Shown: piece after piece, positions 23,425 to 35,235 of the stretch
Position numbering within the stretch: position 1 is the first letter of the stretch
Layout of the letters: every line of letters begins with the position of its first letter
DNA from: Azolla caroliniana
Taxonomy: Eukaryota > Plantae > Polypodiophyta
DNA: 64,000 nt
Direction: 5' to 3'
Assembly (NCBI GenBank): GCA_043228905.1
Contig: JBHGNT010000012.1
Coordinates: forward strand, 6,696,001 to 6,760,000
The notes under the pieces: generated by a model
Databases searched by the model: none
What the model saw: only the letters and a program-made list of their open reading frames with translations
Told to the model about the DNA's origin: nothing
Position numbers and translations under genes: made by a program

Positions 23425-26400
23425 CTTCGAATGGGATGATAAGTACCCGACAAGGAAGACCCGGTGAGAGCCTCTCACTAGATGAAGGGACATATATGTA
23501 AATATGTTTCTTAGAAGCCCATTGGGGCTATATTTGTAAATAGTCCTAAAGTCATATTAATATAAATATGACCTACAGCAAACACTATTTAGAGTTGTTG
23601 CAGATCATTGTAAGAGTGGTTGTATTGTATGAAGCTCACCGGCTCCAACTATTCAGTGTGGAAGTCGAAGATGAGGGACATGCTCGTGGTTAAAGATCTT
23701 TGGTTGCCAGTCCAATTCGGGGACAAGAGACCGGATAAGATCAACGCCACGGTGTGGGAGGTGACGCACATGACGACGATGACATACATCCGATGCTTCA
23801 TCGACATGAGCCTGTACAACAACTTCAATGAAGAGAGCAAGGCTCATGAACTCTGGGAGAAGATCGGCATTATGTTCCAGAACAAGAATGTCGTTAATCA
23901 GGTTTCGGTATTCCGAAAGCTAGTGCGGCTCCAGTACCAAGATGGCTCCAGCATGGTGGAGCACATGAATGCCTTCCATGGGCTGATTCACCAGGAAACA
24001 TCGTTGGAAGTACCTCTTGCCGATGAGGTACTAGCATTACTCTTGCTCGGTTCCCTCCCGGATAGCTGGGAGATGTTAGTTGGCACTTTGGGAAACGTCG
24101 GGCCGGAAGGAAAATAGTTGTCCCTAGCAAGAGTCAAGTCGAGCTTGCTAGATGAGGAGACACGTCGGAAAGACAAAGAGGTGATCTGCAACCCCAAAGC
24201 GCTCCTTACTGAATCAGAACGTGGAAGACAAAGGAACCGGAGTCCCCAGAATCGGGAAAAGTCGGGGACATGGTCAAAGTCAAGGGGGAGGCCCACGTGC
24301 TTCTATTGCGGGAAGTTGGGGTATTTCCAGAAGAACTGTCTCCGAACCGGAAGGGAATGAAGATGATCGCGGCAAGTGAAGAGGAAATAATGCTCATCAC
24401 CGAGGAGAATGAGATGAACCTTGCCGATGATGAGACAAGGTGGGTTGTCGATTCCGGGGCGTGTGGAGCTCCTTGAAGACGGATAACACTTGCTTAGCGG
24501 TGTGGCCCACAGCTTCCGGTTGTGGTCGTCTATGAACGTCAAGAAGTACTGCGATCCGGCATGTGACTTCGTGTCCACTTGACACACATCGGTATGCACT
24601 AGCTCTAGTGGTGCATTCCGTCTCATCGGTGGCCTTGATCGGAAGGAGGTACGGTTTTGCTTACCGACCAGGAAATCGGTGCCCTTCTCAAGATGCACGT
24701 CTTTCACCAGAATGAGGTTGTCTTTGGCAAGCCTCCTCATCCCCTTCTCACTCATGTGACACAATCTCTTGTGCCACAGCTCACTGGTAGTGTCGGATGC
24801 TACGTTCACTTCTTCCGGGCATAACCAGGCGTTCATCAGGTGCAATGTGTTGACCTTTCGAGCCCGAGCCACTATCAGGCTCCCTTTGCTGAACTTCATG
24901 ACACCGTTCCGGATGTTACCCATGTAGCCTTCATCATCTAGCCGACCAGCTGATATCAGGTTCAGTCGAACCTCCGGAACATGTCGGACATCCTTCAGCA
25001 GCATCTTGCATTCGGTTGGTGTTGTCAACCACACATCTCCTATGCCGACAATTCGGCATGTTCCCTCATTCCCCATCCGGACACAGTCGTGCTCGCCGGC
25101 TGTGTAGGATGAGAAGCATTTCCGGTCGTGCATCGTTTGCCTGGTTGGTAAGCAAAACCGGACCTCCTTCCGATCAAGGCCACCGATGAGACAGAATGCA
25201 CCACTAGAGCTGGTGCATACCTATGTGTGTCAAGTGGACACGAAGTCATATGCCGGATCGCAGTACTTCTTCACGTTCATAAACGACCACAACCGGAAGT
25301 TGTGGGCCACACCGCTGAAGACGAAGGATCAGGTGTTATCCGTCTTCAAGGAGCTCCACGCGAGAGTGGAGAGGGAAACCGGCCGGAAGCTGAAGGCGGT
25401 TCGAGTAGATAACGGAGGAGAATACCGGGGGCAGTTCGAAGAGTACTACCGCTCGAATTTAGCGTGCCGAAAATGCCGGAACTCAATGGGTTGGCCGAGA
25501 GGATGAACCGGACCATAATGGAGAGGGTTCGGAGTATGCTAGCACATGCAAAGTTACCCAAGACGACAACGACCTACGTGATAAACAGATCACCCTCAGT
25601 ACCGTTGGACGGAGACATGCCACAGAGAGTATGGACCGGTAAGGAAGTGTCCTACCAGCATCTAAAGGTGTTCGGGTGTCTCGCTTACGTGCATGTTGCA
25701 AAGGACCAGAGAGAGAAGTTGGATCTTAAGTCCCGAACTTTCATATTCCTCGGATACGGTGATGATGAGTTCGATTACCGAGTGTGGGATCCGGTCGACA
25801 AGAAGGTTTTCCAGAGTCGAGATATTATCTTCATAGAAGACAAGACCATTGCCGACTAGGAGTCAAAGAAGAAGATAATGAAATCCGAAGCGACTGGTAA
25901 AGATCGGTTCGATGAGATACGGACCTACCCGGCTAGGAGCCGGTTGACACTCGAAGAACCGGCCGGTTTCGAAGTAGAACCAGAACTAATCGAAGAAGAA
26001 GAGGAAGTGGAAACCGGAACCGGATAGGATCCCGAATTGGATTCGGATGAAGAACAAACAGAGGAGCCGGTTGCCGAAAGCCAAGGATGGAGATATCCTC
26101 TCTGGGAGAGAAGGCCCCCAAAGATTTCCGGATGCAGAGCATGTGTTGCTAACTGATGAGGGGGAGCCAGAAAGCTTTGATGAAGCAAGGGGAGATACCC
26201 ACAACTGCAAGTGGTTGAGTGCCATGCAGGATGAGATGGATTCCTTGCATGAGAACCACACATACGAATTGGTGGAGTTGCCGAAAGGAAAGAGGGCACT
26301 CCGAAACAAGTGGGTGTACAAGCTGAAACCGGGAGACGCCGGAAATCCACCAAGGTATAAGGCCTGAATCGTGGTGAAGGGCTTCCAACAGAAGAAGGGA

Positions 26401-28000
26401 GTGGACTTCGATGAGATCTTTTCTCCAGTAGTAAAGATGACATCCATCCGCACGATACTGGACATACCGGCAAGCATGGACCTCGAGGTAGAGCAACTGG
26501 ACGTGAAGACGGCATTCCTCCATGGTGACCTCGAAGAGGAGATCTTCATGCAGCAGCAACCGGAAGGATTTGAGAAGAAAGGGAAGGAGCACCTTGTGTG
26601 CCAGTTGAAGAAGAGCCTATACGGACTGAAGCAGGCTCCCCGGCAATGGTACCGGAAGTTTGACTCCTTCATGACCGACAAAGGGTACCACAAGACGCAG
26701 GCCGATCACTGCGTGTTTGTGAAGAAATTTGATGGAGGAGAGTTCCTGATATTGCTCCTGTACGTGGACGACATGTTGATTGTCGGACAAGACCAAGTCA
26801 AGATACGGATGCTGAAGAAGGCTCTCAACCGAACTTTCTCAATGAAAGACAAGGGCCCAGCAAGACAGATACTAGGGATGCACATCATCCGGGACCGGTC
26901 AAAGAAGAAATTGTGGTTGTCACAGAAGAAATACGTGACAAAGGTGCTTCAGCGTTTCAACATGTTAGAAGTGAAACCGGTCGGATCGACACTCCCGGCA
27001 AACTGCAGATTATCCAGTAAACAAAGCCCGAAGACGAAAGCAGAGAAGGCGTACATGATGAAGGTTCCATATGCCTCTGCCGTCAAGAGCTTAATGTACG
27101 CAATGGTGTGTCCTCGACCGGATATTGGATACGCAATCGGACTGGTGAGCCGGTTTATGAGCAATCCTGGCAAGGACCACTGGAACGCGGTCAAATGGAT
27201 ACTCTGGTACTTGAAGGGCACTTCAAATATGTGTCTCCGATTCGGCTCCGGTAAACCTCAACTTGACGGTTTTACCGATTCGGATATGTCGTCTGATGTG
27301 GATACCAGCCAGTCTACATCCGGATATGTAATGACATATGCAGGGGGAGCTATTTTGTGGTAATCGAGACTGCAGAAGACGGTTGCGTCGTCAACCACGG
27401 AGGTAGAGTACATGGCAGCTGTTGAAGCTGGCAAGGAAATATTATGGATAAAGGACTTCACCAGAGAGCTCGATATCCGGCATGATGAAGACCGGCTCTA
27501 TTGCGACAGTCAAAGTGCCATCCACCTTGCTAAAAACGTAGCGTACCAATCCAGGACGAAGCACATCCAGCGTAGGTATCACTGGATCCGGGAGCGAGTA
27601 GAAGATCGAGAGTTCACGCTGACGAAGATCCACACGGCCGAGGACGGGTTAGATATGTTGACCAAAGTACTGATACCCGACAAGCTGGATGCATGTCGGA
27701 AGCGGATCGGACTAGTAAGACATCCCATGTCGGAGTGAAGGGGGAATTTGTTAGGAAACAGGTCCCTCCGGATGGGAAGTGAGAAGAACCGTGTCGATGA
27801 GCAACTTAGTGCAACACGTAGAGATAGCCAACACGTAGAGATAGCCAACACGGAAGGCTAAACTTGTAATTAGTCGAAATGTCACATTAGTATATAAGTA
27901 CTTAGGGCAATTATGTTACATATGTGTATTATTGTAAAGTTACGGTTGTCGAGGTCGTGGCCTCTGTAACGGTGAGAGTGGAAGCGTGTGAGCTCCATAG
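23425..28000 (+). mobile_element. Rearranged copia family B (LTR fragment, gag, inverted PR-INT block 24461-25130, INT, RT, RNase H, variant 3' LTR from 27749)
   Basis: Gag KLTGSNYSVWKSK, pol motifs and PPT near 27738-27748; right boundary approximate. Confidence 0.88.
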
Positions 28001-28243
28001 CCGCCTATGAAATGCATTTTACTACTTGTGAAATGGACAACTTAGTGTCAAGTTATGTGAGTGTGAAGTTTGAGAAGAATAAGAAGAAAACAAAACTGTG
28101 AGATATCCCACATAGATAGGACACCATCAGAAATCAAGAGTATATAAGTAGAGCCATATCTCTTTAAATTTCATCTATGTGTTAGGAGCATAAAAAGGTT
28201 GGGTTGTATAACTTGAATGAATGGATGCAGCCAAGTTGTTCAA

Positions 28244-28369
28244 AATGGTTTTGGAGAACTGGAACCCGACGGATCCGGACCAGACAGACGGATCGGTCGA
28301 GTTGGTAATGGTTTTGGAGAACCGGAACCCGACGGATCCGGACCAGACAGACGGATCGGTCGAGTTGGT
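28244..28369. repeat. 63-bp tandem duplication
   Basis: AATGGTTTTGGAGAAC...GAGTTGGT at 28244 and 28307. Confidence 0.9.
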
Positions 28370-28684
28370 TGAATAGGTTGATCGCGAGGCACGGTGTCTT
28401 GAAGATTTTTCGGTGTGAAATGAACAAAATTGTCTAACGGTTCCATCGGTTCATTGGAGGTCAACTAAAGATGTAATATGCAGTTAAACATTTGTAAAAA
28501 CAAGACTAAAGCCTTGTAAAATTTTGTGTTTACAAGGGTGTAAGTAAAAATTTGAACCATGCACCTCCTACATAAGAGTCACATGACTTATCACTTAGCT
28601 AAGTCATGACTTTAAAGTTATATTTTTATCATTGTACTTTTCATATGTAAAATCTCATATGTGAGAGCTTGGGTGAGTGACATG

Positions 28685-31600
28685 CCACTTGATCTTCCTC
28701 TCCGTTTTCCATTCAACCAAGCTTTGAAGGTTCCGGAAACACTCGGTGAATTTTATATAACCACGACGCGTAGTTGCTCCGGTCGAGCTTCTCCGTTGGA
28801 AGTGAACTCGTCATTCCTGTTGGGAGACAGGTCCCTCCGAATGGGAAGGGAGAAAAACAGTGCCGATGAACAAACTCGGCTACGGAGAGCCGGATGAGGA
28901 GTACTCGGCTACGGAGAGCCGGATGGTGCAAGCCCGGTATGAACCGGATAAGGAGTACTCGACTACGGAGAGCCGGATGGTGCAGGCCCGGTATGAACCA
29001 GATGAGCCGGATGGTACTCACCTACGGAGAGCCGGATGGTGCAGGCCCGGTATGAACCGGATGAGGAGTACCCGGCTACGGAGATCCGGATGATACAGAC
29101 CCGGGAAGACCGGATGAGGAATACCCGGCTACGGAGAGCCGGATGGTATAGACCCGGTGAGAACCGGATGAAGAGACATATTCGTAAATATGTTTCTGAG
29201 AGCCCATCGAGGCTACATTTGTAAATAGCCGAAAAGTCATATTAGTATAAATATGACATAGGGCAAACTTTTAGATGTTGTTGTTGTTTTTTGTTGGTGC
29301 AAGAAGAAAAGAGAGCACGTAATAGTGTACAGAGAGAGAGAGAGAGAAAGAGGTTGTTGCCTCTGTTGTAACCGCCGCCTGTGGCGAAGATCTGTGAGCA
29401 CGAGGTCGTTGCCTCAGTGAACTCACTGTTGTACATTCTCACATAGTGACTGTGGGCTGCCGTGGTTTTTCCCTCTTTGGGTTTTCCACGTAAACCTCCT
29501 GTGTATCTTCCTCTCCTTTGAGTCGTGTTTTTGTTTCCTGTTTTCTGTGTATGAAATAAAATCTCGGTTGTGGCCGAGCTTTGTGCATAAGGAGCGTTGA
29601 GTTCTCGTCAATTGGTATCAGAGCAAAATCAACACAGAAAATGGACGAATCATTTGGCGGCATGTTCAAGCTCACCGGCTCCAACTATTCAGTATGGAAG
29701 TCGAAGATGACGGACATGCTCGTTGTTAAAGACCTCTGGCTGTCGGTTCAGTTCGGGGACAACAGACCGGACAAAATCGACGCCGCGATATGGGAGGTGA
29801 TGCACATGAAGACAACGGCGTACATACGGTACTTCATCGACATGAGCCTGTACAACAACTTCAATGAAGAGAGCAAAGCTCATGAGCTCTGGGAGAAGAT
29901 CGGCATAATGTTTCAAAACAAAAATGTTGTTAATCAGGTTTCGGTATTCCGGAAACTAGTAAGACTCCGGTACCAAGATGGCTCCAACATGGCGGAGGAT
30001 ATGAATGCCTTCCAGGGGCTAATACACCAAGAAACGTCATTGGAAGTACCTCTTGCCAATGAGGTACTAGTGCTACTCCTGCTCGGTTCCCTCCCGGATA
30101 GCTGGGAGACGTTGGTTGTCACTTTGGGCAACGCTGGGCCGGAAGGAAAACGGTTATCCCTAGCAAGAGTAAAGTCGAGCTTGCTAGATGAGGAGCCGCG
30201 TCGGAAAGACAAACATACGAGCTCCGACTCCAAAGCGCTTCTTACCGAATCGGAACGCAGAAGACAAAGAAACCGTAGTCCCCAGAACCGGGAGAAGTCG
30301 AGGACACGGTCAAAGTCAAGGGGGAGGCCTACTTGCTTCTATTGCGGGAAGCCGGGACACTTCCAAAAGAACTGTAGGCATTTCCGTAAAGATAAGGAAA
30401 CCGACGGTACCGATTCGAAGCAAACCCCGGACCGGAACGGTAAAGACCGGAACGGTAAAGACCGGAAGGGGCCGTACTGGAAGGGAACGACGGCAATCAC
30501 GGCAAGTGAAGAAGAGTTGATGCTCATCACCGAGGAGTGTGCGATAAACCTTGCCGGCGACGAGATGACCTGGGTGGTAGACTCCGGAGCATCGTTCCAC
30601 CTTACCCCGGACCGGAAATGCTTCTCATCCTACTCAGCCGGTGATCACGGTTGTGTCCGGATGGGGAACGAAGGTACATGCCGAATTGTCGGCATAGGAG
30701 ACGTGTGGCTGTCAACACCAACCGGATGCAAGTTGCTGTTGAATGATGTCTGACACGTTCCGGAAGTTCGTCTGAACCTGATATCAGCCGGTCGGCTAGA
30801 TGATGAAGGCTACACGGGTAGCATTCGGAATGGTGTCATGAAGTTCAGCAAAGGGAGCCTGATTGTGGCTCGGGCCCGGAAGGTAAACACACTGTACATG
30901 ATGAATGCCCGGTTATGTCCGGAAGAAGTGAACGTGGCATCCGACACTGCCGGTGAGCTGTGGCACAAGAGGCTGTGTCATATGAGCGAGAAATGAATGA
31001 AGAGGCTTGCAGAGGACAACCTCATTCCAGTGAAGAACGTGCACTTAGAGAAGTGCACTGATTGTCTGGCCGGTAAGCAGAACCGGACCTCCTTCCAACC
31101 AAGGCCACCGATGAGACGTAATGCACCACTAGAGTTGGTGCATACGGATGTGTGTCAAGTAGACACGAAGTCACATGCCGGAGCGCAGTACTTCGTGACG
31201 TTCATAGATGACCACAGCCGGAAGCTGTGGGCCACACCGTTGAAGACGAAGGATCAGGTGTTATCCGTCTTCAAAGAGCTCCACGCGAGAGTGTAAAGAG
31301 AAACCGGCCGGAAGCTAAAGGCGGTTCGAGCAGATAACGGAGGAGAGTACCGGGGGCAATTCGAGGAGTACTGCCGCTCGAAGGGAATCCGGCTCGAATT
31401 TACCGTGCCGAAGACGCCGGAACTAAACAGACTGGCCGAGAGGATGAACCGGACCATAATGGAGAGGGTCCGGAGTATGCTTGCGCATGCAAAACTACCC
31501 AAGAAGTTTTGGGCTGAGGCACTGTCGACGACGACATACGTGATAAATAGATCACCCTCAGTACCCTTGGACGGAGACACGCCACAGAGAGTGTGGACCA

Positions 31601-34600
31601 GTAAGGAAGTATCCTACCGGCATCTGAAGGTGTTCGGGTGTCTCGCTTACGTGCATGTAGCTAAGGACCGGAGAGGTAAGTTAGATCCAAAGACTCGGCC
31701 ATGCATATTCCTTGGTTACAGTGACGATGAGTTCGGCTACCGAGTGTGAGACCCGAACGAGAAGAAGGTAGTCCGGAGTCGAGATATTATTTTCATGGAG
31801 GACAAGACGCTCGCCGACTGGGAGTCGGAGAAGAAGATAATGAACTCTGAGTCGACCGGTAAGGATAGACTCTACGATGAGCAGACCCAACCGAAAAGAG
31901 ACCGGTTAGCACTCGAGGAACCAGCCGGTTACGGTGAGGATACCAAACCGGCAGAAGAAGAAGTAGAGGAAGCTAAGACCGGAACCGGCCAAGACCCCGA
32001 ATCGGATTCGGATGAAGAGCAAATGGAGGAGCCGGTTACCGAAGCCCGAAGACGTAGATATCCTCTCAGAGAGAGAAGGGCCCCCCGGAGATTTCCAGAT
32101 GCAGAGCATGTGCTGCTGACCGATGAGGGGGGGCCGGAAAGCTTCGAAGAAGCGAAGGAGGACACCCACAGCCGAAAATGGTTAAGTGCCATGCAGGATG
32201 AGATGGATTCCCTGCATGAGAACCATACTTACGAATTGGTTGAGTTGCCAAAAGGAAAGCGGGCACTCCGAAATAAGTGGGTGTACAAGTTGAAACCGGG
32301 AGATGCCAGCAACCCCCCGAGATACAAAGCCAGGATCGTGGTGAAGGGGTTCTAGCAGAAGAAGGGTGTGGAGTTCGATGAGATATTTGCCCCGGTAGTA
32401 AAGATGACCTCCATCCGAACGGTGCTAAGTATAGCGGCAAGCATGGACCTCGAGGTAGAGCAGCTAGACGTGAAGACAACATTCCTTCACGGCGACCTCG
32501 AAGAGGAGATCTACATGCAGCAACCGGAAGGATTTGTGGAGAAAGGGAAGGAGCACTTGGTATGCCGGTTGAAGAAGAGCCTGTACGAACTGAAGCAGGC
32601 TCCCCGGCAATGGTACCGGAAGTTCGACTCCTTCATGACCGATCAAGGGTACCACAAGACGCAGGCCGATGACTGCGTGTTTGTGAAGAGGTTCGAAGGA
32701 GGGGACTTCCTGATACTCCTCCTGTACGTGGATGACATGTGATCGTCGGACAAGACCAAGTAAAAATATAGATGCTGAAGAAGGCTCTCAACCGGACCTT
32801 CTCAATGAAAGACTTGGGTCCGGCAAGACAGATGCTAGGGATGCACATCATTCGGGACCGGTCAAAGAAGCAATTATGCCTGTCACAGGAGAAGTACGTG
32901 ACAAAGGTGCTTCACTGGTTCAACATGTCAGATGCGAAACCGGTCGGATCGACACTTCCGGCAAACTACAAGCTATCCGATAAGCAAAGTCCGAAGACGA
33001 AAGCAGAGAAGGCAAATATGATGAAGATCCCATATGCCTCTGCCGTCGGGAGCTTGATGTACGCAATGGTTTGTACCCGACCGGACATTGGATACGCAGT
33101 CGGAGTGGTGAGCCGGTTTATGCGCAATCCCGGCAAGGAGCACTGGAACGCGGTCAAATGGATACTCCGGTATTAGAAGGGCACTTCAAATATGTGTCTC
33201 CAATTCGGCTCCGGAAAACCTCAATTGGACGGTTTCACCGATTCGGACATGTCGGCTGATGTGGATACCAGCCGGTCTTCATCCGGGCATGTGATGACAT
33301 ATGCAGGGGGAGCTGTTTCGTGGCAGTCGAGGCTGCAGAAGACGGTTGCATTGTCAACCACAGAGGCGGAGTACATGGCGGTTGTGGAAGCCGGCAAGGA
33401 AATATTATGGATGAAGGACTTCATCGGAGAGCTCGGTATCCGGCAAGAGGAATACCGGCTCTACTGCGACAGTCAAAGTGCCATCCACCTTGCTAAGAAT
33501 GCGGCCTACCATTCCCGGACGAAGCATATCCAGCGGAGGTATCACTGGATCCGGGAAACAGTAGATGACCAGGAGTTCGCACTGACGAAGGTCCACACGG
33601 CCGAGAACGGGTCAGATATGCTGACCAAAGTGCTGACACCCGACAAGCTGGACGCATGCCGGAAGAGGATCGGACTGGTATGACACCCCATGCCGGAGTG
33701 AAGGGGGAGTTTGTTGGGAGACAGGTCCCTCCGGATGGGAAGGGAGAAAAACAGTGCCGATGAACGAACTCGGCTACGGAGAGCCGGATGAGGAGTACTC
33801 GGCTACGGAGAGCCGGATGGTGCAGGCCCGGTATGAACCAGATGAGGAGTACTCGGCTACGGAGAGCCGGATGGTGCAGGCCCGGTATGAACCGGATGAG
33901 GAGTACTCGGCTACGGAGAGCCGGATGGTGCAGGCCCGGTATGAACCGGATGAGGAGTACTCGGCTACGGAGAGCCGGATGGTGCAGGCCTGGCATGAAC
34001 CGGATGAGGAGTACCCGGCTACGGAGATCCGGATGATACAGACCCGGTGAAGACTGGATGAGGAATACCCGGCTATGGAGAGCAGGATGGTACAAACCCG
34101 GTGAGAACCGGATGAAGAGACATATTCGTAAATATGTTTCTGAGAGCCCATCGAGGGTACATTTGTAAATAGCCGAAAAGTCATATTAGTATAAATATGA
34201 CTTAGGGCAAACTTTTAGATGTTGTTGTTGTTTTTTTTTGTTGGTGCAAGAAGAAGAGAGAGCACGTAATAGTGTACAGAGAGAGAGAGAGAAAGAGGTT
34301 GTTGCCTCTGTTGTAATCGCCGCCTGTGGCGAAGATCTGTGAGCACGAGGTCGTTGCCTCAGTGAACTCACTGTTGTACATTCTCACATAGTGACAGTTT
34401 GCAGCCTGTGGGCTGCCGTGGTTTTTCCCTCTTTGGGTTTTCCACGTAAACCTCCTGTGTATCTTCCTCTCCTTTGAGTCGTATTTTCGTTTCCTGTTTT
34501 TTGTGTATGAAAAGAATCTCGGTTGTGGCCGAGCTTTGTGCATAAGGAGCATTGAGTTCTCGTCAATTCCTCTGTCCATATCTTCTCTCTGTCTGTTGTT

Positions 34601-35090
34601 ACCGAGTGCTAGGCTTCCTCTTCAAAGGCGTATGTCAGCTGCTGAGGTTCTCAACCCTCGCGCTCTGATACCATGTAAACGTTAAAGTGTGGAAACGTTT
34701 GATCAATATCGGTTGAGCCGGATAGCAATAGAGAGGGTGTGTGAGAGAGATAGATTAACAGAACTCAGCACACACAGAAAGTATGAGTACACAGGACAGA
34801 CAGAGAGAGCAGACAACGGTTCTTCTATTACAAAAAATTCTCTGTACATACAACGTGCTCAACATCACTATTTATACAAGTCCTTAGAAGGACTGACAGA
34901 AGTACAATGTACTTCAATGCTCACACGAGCATCTGACACTAACTACGAGACAAAGATTACCTAGTAGTCTAGGCTACTACTAGGCTTCCGGTTACCGCTC
35001 TGATCCAGCTACCCGGCTCACCGATCCGTCTTGCTCACCGGCTTAAGCTTATTCAGCCGATCTGTAGCCGGTTGAGCTTGCCGCTCAACA
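28685..35090 (-). mobile_element. Copia family A 5' remnant (5' LTR 34674-35090, PBS 34662-34673, gag start fused to INT), split by the family B insertion
   Basis: MDRG|MTSSLPTEKLDRSNYASW reads across the removed insert. Confidence 0.82.
28818..34565 (+). mobile_element. Full-length degenerate copia family B (LTRs 28818-29610 and 33712-34565, TSD ATTCC)
   Basis: PBS TGGTATCAGAGC at 29613-29624, gag ATG at 29641, all pol domains with several stops, PPT 33701-33711. Confidence 0.96.
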
Positions 35091-35235
35091 ATGGGCTTGG
35101 ATCAAGCTACCACACGCTCTGATACCATGTAAAGAATCAAGAGTGATTCTGTACAGGGGAAGGACTATGTGTGTGTGTGTGTGCACGTGAGACAAGAGAG
35201 AGAATGAGAGAGAGAGAGAACTATAACAAGAAACT
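35091..35235 (-). mobile_element. Copia family C-like 5' LTR end plus PBS (35116-35127)
   Basis: TCTTTACA-TGGTATCAGAGC..TTGATCCAAGCC on minus resembles 55671-55712. Confidence 0.7.

Noticed and set aside
33493-34184. Repeat proteins (EPDEEYSATESRMVQARY and others)
   Set aside because: They are translations of the 54-bp U3 array, open in several frames on both strands.
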